Shown: one piece after another, positions 37,901 to 49,329 of the stretch
Layout: each line of letters begins with the position of its first letter
Position numbering within the stretch: the first letter of the stretch is position 1
From: Antechinus flavipes
Taxonomy: Eukaryota
Assembly (NCBI RefSeq): GCF_016432865.1
Contig: NC_067400.1
Location: forward strand, 624,588,001 to 624,652,000
Length of the DNA: 64,000 nucleotides
Reading direction: 5' to 3'
The notes under the pieces: model-generated
The model's database searches: none
What the model saw: only the letters and a program-made list of their open reading frames with translations
Told to the model about the DNA's origin: nothing
Program-made: the position numbers and the translations under genes

Positions 37901-40900
37901 GCGCAGGAGCCCCCCAAGTCCAAGAAAGTTCAGCATTCCAACGCCAAGAACGCCGTCCTCTTCGAGACCATCAGCCTCATCATCCACTACGACAGGTCGG
38001 GGGGCTGCTCTGGCGGGGTGGGGGAGGGGGCGGGCCTGGCTGCCACGAACCGTTCCCACAGACTCTGTCCCTGGCCCCCAGTGAGCCCAACCTCCTGGTC
38101 CGGGCCTGCAACCAGCTGGGCCAGTTCCTCCAGCACCGCGAGACCAACCTGCGGTACCTGGCCCTGGAGAGCATGTGCACGCTGGCCAGCTCCGAGTTCT
38201 CCCACGAGGCCGTCAAGACCCACATCGACACGGTCATCAACGCCCTTAAGGTACCGGCCTTGGCCGCCCGGCCCCTGCCCGCTCTGGCCCCCGCCCATCC
38301 CGGCCCCCTGCCATGGCCTGTGCTCACCACTCCCCCCATCTCCCAATGTGGTCCAGACGGAGCGGGATGTCAGCGTGAGGCAGCGGGCGGCCGACCTCCT
38401 CTACGCCATGTGTGACCGGAGCAACGCCAAGCAGATCGTGTCGGAGATGTTGCGCTACCTGGAGACGGCCGACTACGCCATCCGGGAGGAGATTGTGAGC
38501 TGGCCCCCTGCCCGACGGGGACCGTGGGGGCCGGGCCCGGCCTGGGGGCGGCCTCAGCCACGGGCTCCCTGCCTCCTCCTCGCCAGGTGCTGAAGGTGGC
38601 CATCTTGGCCGAGAAGTACGCCGTCGATTACAGCTGGTACGTGGACACCATCCTCAACCTGATCCGCATCGCGGGCGACTACGTGAGCGAGGAGGTGTGG
38701 TACCGCGTGCTCCAGATCGTCACCAACCGGGACGACGTGCAGGGCTACGCGGCCAAGACCGTCTTCGAGGTCGGCCCCCACCCCGTCCTGCAGCCCCCCT
38801 TCCCTGCCCCTGCAGTCGCCCCCACGAGTCACCCGCGGGCCCTTTCCTTCCTCAGGCCCTGCAGGCGCCCGCCTGTCACGAGAACATGGTGAAGGTTGGG
38901 GGCTACATCCTCGGGGAGTTCGGGAACCTGATTGCCGGGGACCCGCGCTCCAGGTGAGGCCGCCGGGCCGTGGGGGACGGGGCTGGGGGCGCGGGGCAGG
39001 GGGCCGGCAGTGCCCAGCGGCCTCTCCCTGTGCCCGCAGCCCCCCGGTGCAGTTCTCCCTGCTGCACTCCAAGTTCCACCTGTGCAGCGTGGCCACGCGG
39101 GCGCTGCTGCTCTCCACCTACATCAAGTTCATCAACCTGTTCCCCGAGACCAAGGCCACCATCCAGGCCGTGCTGCGGGCGGGCTCCCAGCTGCGCAACG
39201 CCGACGTGGAGCTGCAGCAGCGCGCCGTGGAGTACCTCACCCTCAGCTCCATCGCCAGCACCGACGTCCTGGTCAGGGGGGCTCCCTGACCCCGGGCTGG
39301 GGGCGCTGCTGGGCCGAGGGTGGCTGCCCGGCCGTGGGGTGGCCCCTGGAGCCTGGCGTGGCGCCGGGCCTGATGCCCCCCTTTTTTACCCCCCAGGCCA
39401 CAGTGCTGGAAGAGATGCCTCCTTTCCCAGAGCGGGAGTCTTCCATCCTGGCCAAGCTCAAGAGGAAGAAGGGCCCGGGGGCGGCCGGAGCCCTGGAGGA
39501 TGGGCGCCGGGAGCCCGGGCCCGGGGGTGACGTGAACGGGGGCGTGGAGCCGGCCCCCAGTGCCGGGGTAGGCGCGGGCCGGGCAGGGGGGATTGGGGGG
39601 GCTGCCCCCAGGCCGGGCTACATGGGCACCCTCTCTTTGCAGTCTACGCCCTCGCCCTCCACTGACCTCCTGGGGCTGCGGGCGGCCCCTCCCCCGGCGG
39701 CCCCCCCGGCCCCCCCCAGCGCCGGCAGCCTCCTGGTGGACGTGTTCTCCGACGGCCCCCTAGGGGGAGCGCCCAGCCTGGGGCCCGGCCCCGAGGAAGC
39801 CTTCCTCAGGTACCGGGGCCGCCCCCCTTCCAGCCCGGCCCCCCCGGGGGCCTCCCGCGGAGCCCCTCCCGGGCCCTCTCTGTTGTCTGAGTCCTAGGCC
39901 CCCCGCGGCTCCCTCTGTCCTTCCCTCGGGGGACTTCGGCCCGCGCTCAGCCTGCTCTCTCTCTGCCTCGCTGCCTCCCGGGGATTGGCTGCCTGCCCTG
40001 CCCTTCTCCCGTGTCTGTCCTGGGATTGGATGGCCCAGCCAGCTGGAGCCCCCGGCCCCTGAGAGTCCTGGGGCCCTATTGGCCGACCGGGCTCCAGCTG
40101 CTGAGTAAGGGGAGGGGGCGGGCGCCCCGGGAAGGGCTGGGGGGGCGGGGCCGGGCACTGCCGGAGGGGGGGGGGGAGTGTTGGGGGGGAAGGCTGGGTG
40201 TCGGGGAGCCCGAATGGGGGGAGCCCCCCGCGCTTGGTTTCGGGCTCCTCCTGCCCCGCCCACCTCAGCTCCTCCCTCTTCGTGCAGCCCAGCCTCCGAG
40301 GACCCCGGCGTCCCCATCCCGGAGGCTGACGAGCTTCTGAACAAGTGAGCCGGGCTCGGGGTGGGGGGTGGGGAGGCCGGGGTAGCGGGGCTGGGCCTGA
40401 CTTTCGGGCCCCCCCCGCGCAGGTTCGTGTGCAAGAACAACGGGGTCCTCTTTGAGAACGCCTTGCTGCAGATCGGAGTCAAGTCTGAGTTCCGGCAGAA
40501 CCTGGGTGTGTGGGGCTGGGAGTGGGGGGGGCAGTGATGGGCCGGGCAGTGGCAGGGGGGGGAAGCCGGGGCAGGCTGGCACAAGTAACTATGGGCTGGG
40601 ATGGGGGGGAAGAGTGGCGGGCGGCCCCTCAGAGCCAGGCTAAGGCCTTCTTCCCCTCCCCCCAGGCCGTATGTATCTCTTCTATGGAAACAAGACCTCA
40701 GTGCAGTTCCAGAGCTTCTGTCCCACTGTCACTCATCCTGGGGACCTCCAGACTCATATCCTACTCAGTCCAGGCTCTTTCCTCCCCCCGCCCCCTGTCC
40801 AGGGTCTCCCCTCCCCCCATGGCCATCTTCTCACTCTCTAGCTGCCCGCTCCCTGCCCCTGTTCCTTTCCTTGACCGGCTGGATGCACAGCTGGTGGTGC

Positions 40901-41830
40901 AGACCAAGCGGGTGCCAGGCCAGGTGGATGGAGGTGCCCAAGTGCAGCAGGTCCTCAACATCGAGTGCCTCAGGGACTTTGTCACCCCGCCCCTGCTCAC
41001 CGTGCGCTTCAGGTGAGGGGCCGGGGGGCAGGGGGAGGGTGTAGGAGGGTGGCAGGAGAGCCGTGGGGGCGGCGCTGGGCCGGGTATGGAGACTCACAGG
41101 ATACGGAGCCCAGGGCCTCCCTTGCCTTCCTCCTGCCTAGGTATGGGGGGGCTCCACAGGCCCTCACCCTCAAGCTCCCCGTGACCATCAACAAGTTCTT
41201 CCAGCCCACCGAGATGGCCGCCCAGGACTTCTTTCAGCGTTGGAAGCAGCTAAGCCTGTGAGGGGCGGCTGGGGGCCTGGGGGAGGGGGAGGGCTGGGCG
41301 GTGGGGGTGCCCTCCCTTGGGAGCTCAGTCTGGCCTGTCTTTCCTTTCATGTCCAGCCCCCAACAGGAGGCCCAGAAAATCTTCCAAGCCAATCACCCCA
41401 TGGATTCCGAGGTGACCAAGGCCAAGGTGAGGGAGTAGAATCCCGGGGTCAGGAGGGGGTGGGGTGGGAGGTCAAGGAGCTCTTGACAATCAGTGTCCCT
41501 TGCGCTCTAGCTCCTCGGCTTTGGCTCGGCCCTGCTGGACAACGTGGACCCAAACCCGGAGAACTACGTGGGTGCCGGGATCGTGCAGACCAAGGCCCTG
41601 CAGGTGGGCTGCCTGCTCCGGCTGGAGCCGAACGCCCAGGCCCAGGTGAGAGAAGGCCGCCGGCCGGCTCGCCCTCCCCCACCGCCTCCCAGTGGGCCCC
41701 TTCTCCACCCCTCCCCAACCTGACCCTGGCTCCTCATCTTCTCTGGCCCCAGATGTACCGCCTGACGCTCCGGACCAGCAAGGAGAGCGTGTCTCGGCAC
41801 CTGTGTGAGCTGCTGGCCGAGCAGTTCTGA
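34317..41830 (+). CDS. AP2A1: AP-2 adaptor complex subunit alpha-1 (alpha-adaptin A), 24 coding exons, 980 aa including the alternative exon
   Basis: [23 protein letters not shown]...[11 protein letters not shown]. Exons: 34317-34383, 35799-35867, 35962-36104, 36299-36492, 36587-36716, 36798-36899, 37502-37610, 37845-37995, 38082-38250, 38357-38494, 38587-38769, 38856-38953, 39040-39271, 39397-39567, 39643-39809, 40039-40104, 40288-40344, 40423-40505, 40666-40755, 40889-41012, 41141-41257, 41357-41426, 41511-41645, 41753-41830. Sum 2943 nt. The hinge insert exon and neighbouring genes indicate A1 rather than A2. Confidence 0.98.
35000..35308 (+). repeat. 17-18-bp G-rich minisatellite in AP2A1 intron 1 (~17 copies)
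   Basis: Unit GGGAGGGCACC(C/T)GTGC(T/CA). Confidence 0.92.
36110..36290 (+). repeat. ~42-bp G-rich repeat (~4 copies) filling AP2A1 intron 3
   Basis: GGGGGCTGGGGGCTCACC.AGGCTCTGG...GGGGGGTAATG repeated. Confidence 0.8.
40039..40104 (+). CDS. AP2A1: 66-nt alternative hinge exon of AP2A1 (neuronal long isoform)
   Basis: cccag|C CAG CTG GAG CCC CCG GCC CCT GAG AGT...GCT GA|gtaag encodes [21 protein letters not shown](D). Frame-preserving, and similar to the 22-aa insert of the long alpha-A isoform. Confidence 0.9.
40756..40888 (+). other. U12-type (minor spliceosome) AT-AC intron, AP2A1 intron 19
   Basis: 5' site ATATCCTA at 40756, branch site TTCCTTGAC at 40867-40875, 3' end ...TGCAC at 40888. 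Only this join gives the continuous frame GDLQT-Q-LVVQTK. Confidence 0.93.
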
Positions 41831-42097
41831 TCTCAGACCCCGTGTACCCCGGGTCCTGGAGGATGAGGGGGGGCCGTGTGCTGAGGGGCTTGGCTCCCGG
41901 GGTCAGAGCCAGGGGCTCCAGAACTCCGGGCCGAGGGTGCCCTGGCCGGGGCCGTCCCCTTTGCCCTTTTGTATCTATTTTTTGAGCTGCTGCTGTTTAC
42001 AGTGTCGGGGTCCCCCTCCCTGAAGCACAGAGGGGAAGGGGCTCGGGCCATCCCCTCCCCTGCCCTGCCCCTAGACCACCGTGTATTAATGTGAGCG

Positions 42098-42143
42098 AAT
42101 AAAAGATGAGACGCTGGTGCAGTGCAGGGCCGGGCGCTTTATT
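42098..42143. terminator. Convergent polyadenylation signals of AP2A1 (+, 42098-42103) and FUZ (-, 42143-42138)
   Basis: AATAAA and TTTATT 34 bp apart, between the two stop codons. Confidence 0.85.
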
Positions 42144-42149
42144 GGGGTC

Positions 42150-44594
42150 CTAGAGGAAGGGGGTGAGAGCGTGCAGGGTCCGAGTGGCCAGGCCCCGCAA
42201 GGCATGCGTTGGGCTCTGGGGGCTCACCAGCAGCAGGAGGCGGCGGGGCCCCGTCTGGATCGCCACCAGCCTGAGCCCAGCCCCGGGGTCCTCCCGGCCC
42301 TCCGGCCCCTTGGCAGCCGCCCCGGACACCATGTAGCAGGCCCGGGGAATCCCTGGGGGGCACCCCTGCTCTTCGGCCTTTTCCTCTGATGACCCCGCCT
42401 CTGAGGAGAAAAGGGAAACACGAGCTAGGGACTTGGGGCTCCCCACTCCGCGCCCCTTGGGAAGCCTTGAGCCCTGCTGACCTGGGGGGAAGTGGGTGGC
42501 AGTGACCAGAGCATAGAAGGAGCGGAGGAGGCGCCGGCGGGTCCTGGGGGAAGGACCTGGGGAGGAGAAAAAGAGATGCCCTTGAAGCTTCCCCCCTGTC
42601 CCGCTCCCTGGACCCACGTCCCATGCTGTGCCGGACCCCCCACCCTGGCGCACCTTCCTCTCCGCCAAGATCCACCGTGAAGAAGGCACGTTTTTGCTCC
42701 AGGTGCAGGAAAAGGAGCCTGGGGGGGAGATCCTGTTATGTTCCTGGGTGCACCCTGAAGCCTTCCGGGTCCCGGCTCCCCTCACTTACCCTAGAATGTC
42801 GGGGTGCAGGGAGAAGCCTGCCGGGATCGCCCTGGGTGCGAGGGCCAGGCAGGCCCTCAGCGGCTCCAGCATGGGCTGCCACCAGCGTTCCAGGACCTGG
42901 GATGGATGGGGGGGAGGGCTTGAGGCAGGGGTCAGGGCCTGCATCCCGCTCTGCCCAGGGGCCCCTGGCTGACTGGGGGCTCGGCTCACCTGAGGCTCCA
43001 GCTGGCTGAGAGACGGCTGAGGCCCACACAGCACACACAGCTCCAGGCCGGGCAGCAGCATCAGCGTCAGGAGGCGGTGGGGCACCTGGCAGAGGGGCAG
43101 CTTAGGGGCAGTGGGCACGGAAACACCCCCCGCCCTCCCCGGGCCCACCCTGCCCCTCACTCACCGTGGGACTCCCGTGGGGCAGGTAGACGGGGTAGTC
43201 GCGGGCAGCCTGGGCCGGCAGGGTGCCCACCAGCCAGGGCAGCAGCACCGCCTCCGGAGACCCGAGGCGCCACCAGCCCTCCGTGCCCACCACCACCCGG
43301 CCACCCACCACCAGGCTGGCAAAGACGCTGCCCACCTCCTCAGCAAAGCCCGCCAGGGCCTCCTGAGGGAAGAAAGGCTGGCCTCATTGGGGCTGTCTGC
43401 TAGGGGCTGCGGGGGGCTCAGTGAGGAGGGGGAAGGGGCAACATTTACTTTGGGCCTACTGGGGGTCCTGCTTGGGGCTCAGCGGGGGCCCTTCTGCTGG
43501 GGGCTCAGTTGGGGCTCTTCTGACTCAGTTGTTGAGTGGAGGAGTCTGCTCTGGGCTCAGTAGGGGTCTTGCTTGGGTTGAGTTGGGGTCTGTCTGCTCT
43601 GGCTGCCCCCTTTTATGCCCCCGCAAACCCCCCCTCTCCTTGCTCCTTGGGCAGCAGCTTGGGTGACCTGCAGCAGCGGCCCATCCTCCGGGGCGATGCA
43701 GTCCACGCACTGGGTCAGGTCCCCGGCCAGCTCCGCGTCCCCCAGGAGGCTGTCGATGAGGCCATAGGTGGCCTGGGGAGAAAGACCAGGTCGGGACTCG
43801 GGTGCCGGCCCCGCCCCTGAGGCCCCGCCCGCGACTCCGCCCCCCGCTTACTCTCAGCTCCTTCTTCAGTCTCTCCACGTTGCGGATTCTGGTCAACTCT
43901 TCGAGGCCGACCAGCAGGACCTAGAGACAGACATTGTGGGGACCTGGACGGGGTGGGGAGTGGGAGGGCAGGGGTCCGCACCCGGCCGGCAGCCTCTCAC
44001 CATGGCCCCGAACACCAGCTCCAGCAGCCGCTCCAGCCTGAGCTCCGAGCATCCCGGCTCCGAGGACAGCACGATGAGGGTGACGCTGTAAGGGGGACGG
44101 CCGGGCGTCAGGGGCGTGCTCATCACAAACCGGGACACTGAGGCACGCAGGGCGGGCCCTGGGCGCGGCGCCCCCATCCCCCCGGCTCACCTGTCGTGGA
44201 AAGTCTTCCACACCACGGCCGTGTCCTCGGTGCGCGCGGAGCGCAGCGTCACGTCCAGGTTCTGTCCGAACATGTGCACGCCATTGAGGGAGCCGATAAC
44301 GGAGAAGGGCAGCTGGAATGGGGTTCCAGGTCAGGACGGCAGCCAGGGACCGGCGAGAACTACAGCTCCCGGCGAGCCCTGCGCCAGAGCCCAGCGGCCC
44401 AGGTCCCGAACGCGCGGGCGCTTTCGGGAGCGGTAGTTCTCTCCCTCTCCCCCACCCCTTCCTGCTTCCGTCAGCGGCTTCACCTGCTGCCGGGAGGGGG
44501 CGCCCCCGCGGCTGCTCCTGCAGAATAGGGGGACTCCGCTGGAGGAGGCGAGGCAGAGTAAGTGCACGGCCCCCGAAGTGCCGTCTTCTGCCAT
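42150..44594 (-). CDS. FUZ: Fuzzy planar cell polarity protein, 11 coding exons, 427 aa
   Basis: MAEDGTSGAVHLLCLASSSGVPLFCRSSRGG...HALTPFL*. Exons: 44594-44484, 44312-44191, 44085-44001, 43920-43852, 43772-43668, 43362-43165, 43085-42990, 42896-42790, 42718-42654, 42556-42482, 42400-42150. Sum 1284 nt. Confidence 0.97.
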
Positions 44595-44599
44595 GTCAA

Positions 44600-45450
44600 C
44601 CCCGAGGGGTGATCGAGGAGTCGCGTAGGGATGCGCTGCTGATGATCTATTTCGCTCCGGAGAGCTGTCCCGTTTCCGTGGCCGGAAGTGCACGCGGCCC
44701 CATCAAAAATGGCGGCAATTGGGTCACTCTTCACTTTTGCCCGCCGCGAATGTGCGCGCCCCTATCAAAGATGGCGACGGGCCGGTCAGTGGTTTCGGTG
44801 TGATGGTGCCGTCTTCATTTCGCAGGCGGCTTCGTTTCCGTCTCCGGGTCGGAAATGCTCTCACCCCTAACAAAGATGGCGGCGGTCGGGATTGGCGGAG
44901 CTGAGCGTCACGCCGCCCGGACCAGGGGGGAGCTGAGCTTCCTTCCCGAGTGTCCCGTGCTTCCGGGGCGCTCCTTGCCTCCTTAACGCCTAGTCGCTAA
45001 GCTCTGACCTCTTCGTCTCCGATCCCGGTGCTGATTCAAAGATGGGCCCGGATAACGGGGTTGCTTAGCAACCACCCAGATTTTCGGCGTGCTGGTGACG
45101 TCACCGGCGCCCATCTAGCCCATTCACTGCGCAGTTAGGGACGGGACCGGGTCTGGCAGATGAAGCCGGGCGTGCTCCGTGCCCTCAGTCCCTGTTTTCA
45201 CTGAAAAAATCTCCCCCCCTCCCCCCCCCCCCGCCCCGTTTCCCCATCTTAAGAACAGAGACGGGGGCCGCGCTGTCACAAATCTTTTCTGCATCTGTCC
45301 ATGTCCTGCCGTGACCCGCGTCGAGGTGCTTAAGCTTCTAGTTTTCCTAACGTTAAACCGGCCTCGGATTCCCGTTACGGGGCCGGCCTGGCCAGACTCC
45401 AACCTTTGAGTCACCCGCCCCCGCGCCCCTGCTCCGGGAAAGTCCCAGCG
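44600..45450. promoter_or_regulatory. FUZ CpG-island promoter with ETS and repeated YY1-like motifs
   Basis: CCGGAAGT at ~44682; AA(A/G)ATGGCG at ~44706, ~44767 and ~44872; CpG-rich. Confidence 0.7.
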
Positions 45451-46139
45451 TCCTTAGGGGGCGCTTGCAGGTTTGATGGTCACGCTGCCCCTTTAAGGGG
45501 ACGTCCAGGGAGGAAATCAAGCCTAAACTACTTCCTGATTTCCCAGGGCCGAGGCCTTTGCGGACAAGAGCCTCCCGTTCTGGGGTGAGCTTGAAGCCCG
45601 GAGCCTCTGTGGGCTCCCTTTCTTGGAAGCTGAGCTGGCCTGGGAGTGGCGCCAGGCCCCCGGTACTGGGTTTGAGACCCGCCTGTTTCACAGCACCTCC
45701 CCCCTCAACCCCAACGAATCTCTGCTCCCTGCCCCTGAAATCCGAAAGTGGGGGTTCGGAGCTCTGGGGGCCCCTCCCCTGAATGCTCCGCTGCCCACGG
45801 CCCTCGCAGGGAATCTCTCTTTTCTCTTGGCCAACAATCCCAGGAACCTAATGTGAGCGGAGGGCAGACCCACAGACCCTGTGGGAGAGGGTTTCTCCAG
45901 CCTCAGGTCACATTACATTGTTTTCCCAGGGCCAGAGTGGTACCAGGGTATGGACGCTGGCTCCTGGCGGGGACCCATTTATCAGAATGGAATAATTCCC
46001 CTGGTTTCTCTCTTGCTGGAGTAGAGGCTCCTGGGTTCAGGGAAGCCTTGGGCAGGAGTACATCCCCCCAAGTGGACCTTCTCCTCCCTCTGCTTTGTAG
46101 AGCCCCTTCCTCGAGAAATTTTCTTATTCCTCTGGGTGT

Positions 46140-46355
46140 GCAGAGGCAAAAATACTGGCTCAGGAGTCAGGGAGTCCAGCCTCAAGTACTTCCTGTGTGA
46201 TCTTAGGCAAGTCACTTAACTTCTGCCCCTTAATTTCTTCAACTGGTATGTGAAAATATCACCTTCCTTCCCAAGTTTTTGTGAAGGTCAAAAGAGATTA
46301 TATTTGAAAAGTGCTTAGCACAGTGCCTGGCATACAGTAGGTGGTAAATTAATGC
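46140..46355 (+). mobile_element. MIR fragment with L2-like tail
   Basis: tgtgtgatcttaggcaagtcacttaacttct...aaagtgcttagcacagtgcctggcata. Confidence 0.7.
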
Positions 46356-47080
46356 TTGTTTCCACCCCCTCCTCTAGTCACATTTCCCCCAGCAGATTGC
46401 CTTCAGTACCAACCCTTCTCTAATGTTCAGTCTCTATCTACTGATTTCTTCTCCAACACCTAGGAATACTCCAAAGTTTCCCCCATAAACTATTTAAATT
46501 AATAAGCACCTACTATGTGGCAGGTACTGTGCTGAGTGCCGGGAATCCAAAAATAAAAGGCAAAAGACAATTCTACACTTAAGGAGTTTGGGGGGCAGGG
46601 GATGGGGGGGACAATGCAAATAATGTGTTCAAAGCAAGCTACATCCTGGCTAAATGGGAAGGGACCAACAGAGGGAAGGCCCTGAACTTCAGAGGAGCTG
46701 GGGAGGGTGTCCAGGAAAAGGAGAGATGTTGTTGGGAGCCAGGGAGCTCAGCGGTCAGAGCAGAGGAAGGAGGAACGGGGCCAGTCGGAGAGGACCCCGG
46801 GCCGGGGATGGAACAGCCAGGAGGCTGGGGCACTTTATTGAAGAGGGTGTGTTGGGCGGTGAAAGGTAAGAAGCTGGGTAAGGGGGGGAGAGGCTGGGCT
46901 ACCAAGGGTCTACGAAGAGAGACAACAGGAAGTCGCCGGTGTCAGTTGGGGGGGTGAGCTCTGGGGGAGCCACTTTTCTGGCTGAATGGAGAACGGATTG
47001 GCAAGGGAGACACTGGGGGCAGCTGTGACCCCTCAGCAGCTGCTGCCCTAGAGAAGGGGTGAGGTGAAGGGGAGCTGGAC

Positions 47081-47812
47081 AGGGGCAGTGATGGGAGCTG
47101 GGGAAGGGGCAGGGGCAGTGATGGGAGCTGGGGAGGGGCAGGGGCAGAGTGATGGGAGCTGGGGAAGGGGCAGGGGCAGTGATGGGAGCTGGGGAAGGGG
47201 CAGGGGCAGTGATGGGAGCTGGGGAAGGGGCAGGGGCAGAGTGATGGGACGAGCCTGGGGCAGAGTGATGGGAGCTGGGGAAGGGGCAGGGGCAGTGATG
47301 GGAGCTGGGGAGGGGCAGGGGCAGTGATGGGAGCTGGGGAAGGGGCAGGGGCAGTGATGGGAGCTGGGGAAGGGGCAGGGGCAGTGATGGGAGCTGGGGA
47401 AGGGGCAGGGGCAGAGTGATGGGATGGGCCTGGGGCAGAGTGATGGGAGCTGGGGTAGGGGCAGGGGCAGAGTGATGGGAGCTGGGGAGGGGCAGGGGCA
47501 GTGATGGGAGCTGGGGAAGGGGCAGGGGCAGTGATGGGAACTGGGGAAGGGGCAGGGGCAGAGTGATGGGATGGGCCTGGGGCAGAGTGATGGGAGCTGG
47601 GGAAGGGGCAGGGGCAGAGTGATGGGAGCTGGGGAGGGGCAGGGGCAGTGATGGGAACTGGGGAAGGGGCAGGGGCAGTGATGGGAGCTGGGGAAGGGGC
47701 AGGGGCAGTGATGGGAGCTGGGGAAGGGGCAGGGGCAGTGATGGGAGCTGGGGAAGGGGCAGGGGCAGTGATGGGAGCTGGGGAAGGGGCAGGGGCAGTG
47801 ATGGGAGCTGGG
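47081..47812 (+). repeat. 30-bp G-rich minisatellite (~24 copies) between FUZ and MED25
   Basis: Unit AGGGGCAGTGATGGGAGCTGGGGAAGGGGC, with +GA, -A and ~22-bp GGGCCTGGGGC variants. Confidence 0.95.
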
Positions 47813-48171
47813 GCCGAGTGATCTGAGAAGCTGCCAAGAGAGAAATCCACAAGCCTTGGCCAGAGCCTGGGAGTGGGAGCCAGAGAGCCCGGGACTTGTG
47901 CGCCCTCTACAGTAATTAGCAAGTGGTACAGGTGGAACGGTAGAATGACTTGAGGAACAAAGGTTCGAGGTTCCCTTCCCGTTTATTTATTCGCGATTTC
48001 CCACCAGTCTGGACCCCACCTGCTCGGCTTTGGCCCTGGGCCCTCAAACGGGGAGACAGAGGTTTAGCATTGGAAACAATTCATCAAATCGGACCAAGCA
48101 ATTACAATGACGCCATTGACTAGGCCACAATTAAATAATCTGATTTCTAATTGGAGGAAAGACCCCTCCAT

Positions 48172-48295
48172 GTGGCAGTGAGTAAAGCACCGGACTTAGA
48201 GTCAGGAGAACCTGATTTCAAACCTGACCTCACACACTTCACCCTTACTAGCCGTGCAACCCCGTGCCAGTCATTTAATCCCAGTGGCCCCTGAA
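48172..48295 (+). mobile_element. MIR/Mar1-type SINE fragment
   Basis: gtggcagtgagtaaagcaccggacttagagtcaggagaacctgatttcaaa...caagtca-like core. Confidence 0.6.
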
Positions 48296-48420
48296 GAGAA
48301 AACCTTGGGAGGGGGAGATCGAACAGGTGAAATTCCTTCCCATCAGAAAACGGGGTCCCCCCTCCCCCAAATGTCTGCACACACTCGAGAGAACATGGGA
48401 ACAGTAACTGACAGATCGAG

Positions 48421-48990
48421 TGTTAGGCTTGAGGAGCTAAATCAGTGGAGTTGATAGCCATAGTTATGTAATTTAGCCTGGTTCAGTATGATTGATTTAA
48501 TCCTCCAAGGAGATGTCATGGGCCAGAATTTGAAACAAGGCACTAAGTGGATTTGAGGAGACAATGGTTAAATCTAGTTTAGCATCGATTTAATCCTACA
48601 ACAAATAATGGTTTCTGGTGATGTAATGATTGGTGTGTACTCAGTGTGGGGCACATAAGCTCTCAGGGCCAGAAGGACAATTGCACTAGAAGCTCTCAGA
48701 AGCTGAGGCAGATTCATTCCATCTTCTACCTTTGTTGTGGCTGGAGGCTAAAGCACAAACCCTTGGGAGTCGGGGAGATTCAGAAGCCAGAGAAGGCAGG
48801 AGGGAGCTCAAGCTCTCAGAACCAAGACGACAGAAGGCCTCTAAGAAAGCTAACCAGGCCGCAGGCAGGAGACAAGACTTGGAAAGAGACAATAAAAGAT
48901 TTGGACTTTAACACCTGGCTGCATTTGGGGTGATTACTGAACTGAAACCGAGGCTGCCTCCAGAAACCCCAAGAAAACCCCAACATTTCA
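48421..48990 (+). mobile_element. Putative solo LTR
   Basis: TGTTAGG...TTTCA termini, AATAAA at ~48891, ~570 bp; no clean TSD. Confidence 0.55.
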
Positions 48991-49329
48991 GAGAAGAATA
49001 TTACAATTATGGGGCCACCCACGGGGTGCTAGAGATCCAGCTTTGGATCACTGGGTTTCTGGTCAGCATAACCTAGGTCCTCGGTTAAGAGTCTCGAAGC
49101 GATAGGGAGCGGTGATCCAATTTTTAGGCCATGAAGAGCTAGGTTTAAACAATATAAGAAGCTTTTCTCCCAATTCCCACAGTTGAATCAAGTTTTCTCA
49201 CAAGGCAGACAATGAACTAGATCTATATTTGAATAAAAAATCGAGCTAGCTCCAGAACTGTCACTCAATGGAATGAGTGGCTCACACTGGGCTGCCCTAA
49301 TTCCACGAGGAGGGGGCAGGGTTTAAAGG

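Noticed and set aside
46899-47922. 317-aa and 326-aa ORFs of PQLPSLPLPL / APAPSPAPIT repeats
   Set aside because: These are translations of the 30-bp minisatellite; there are no splice or promoter features and no sign of a real protein.
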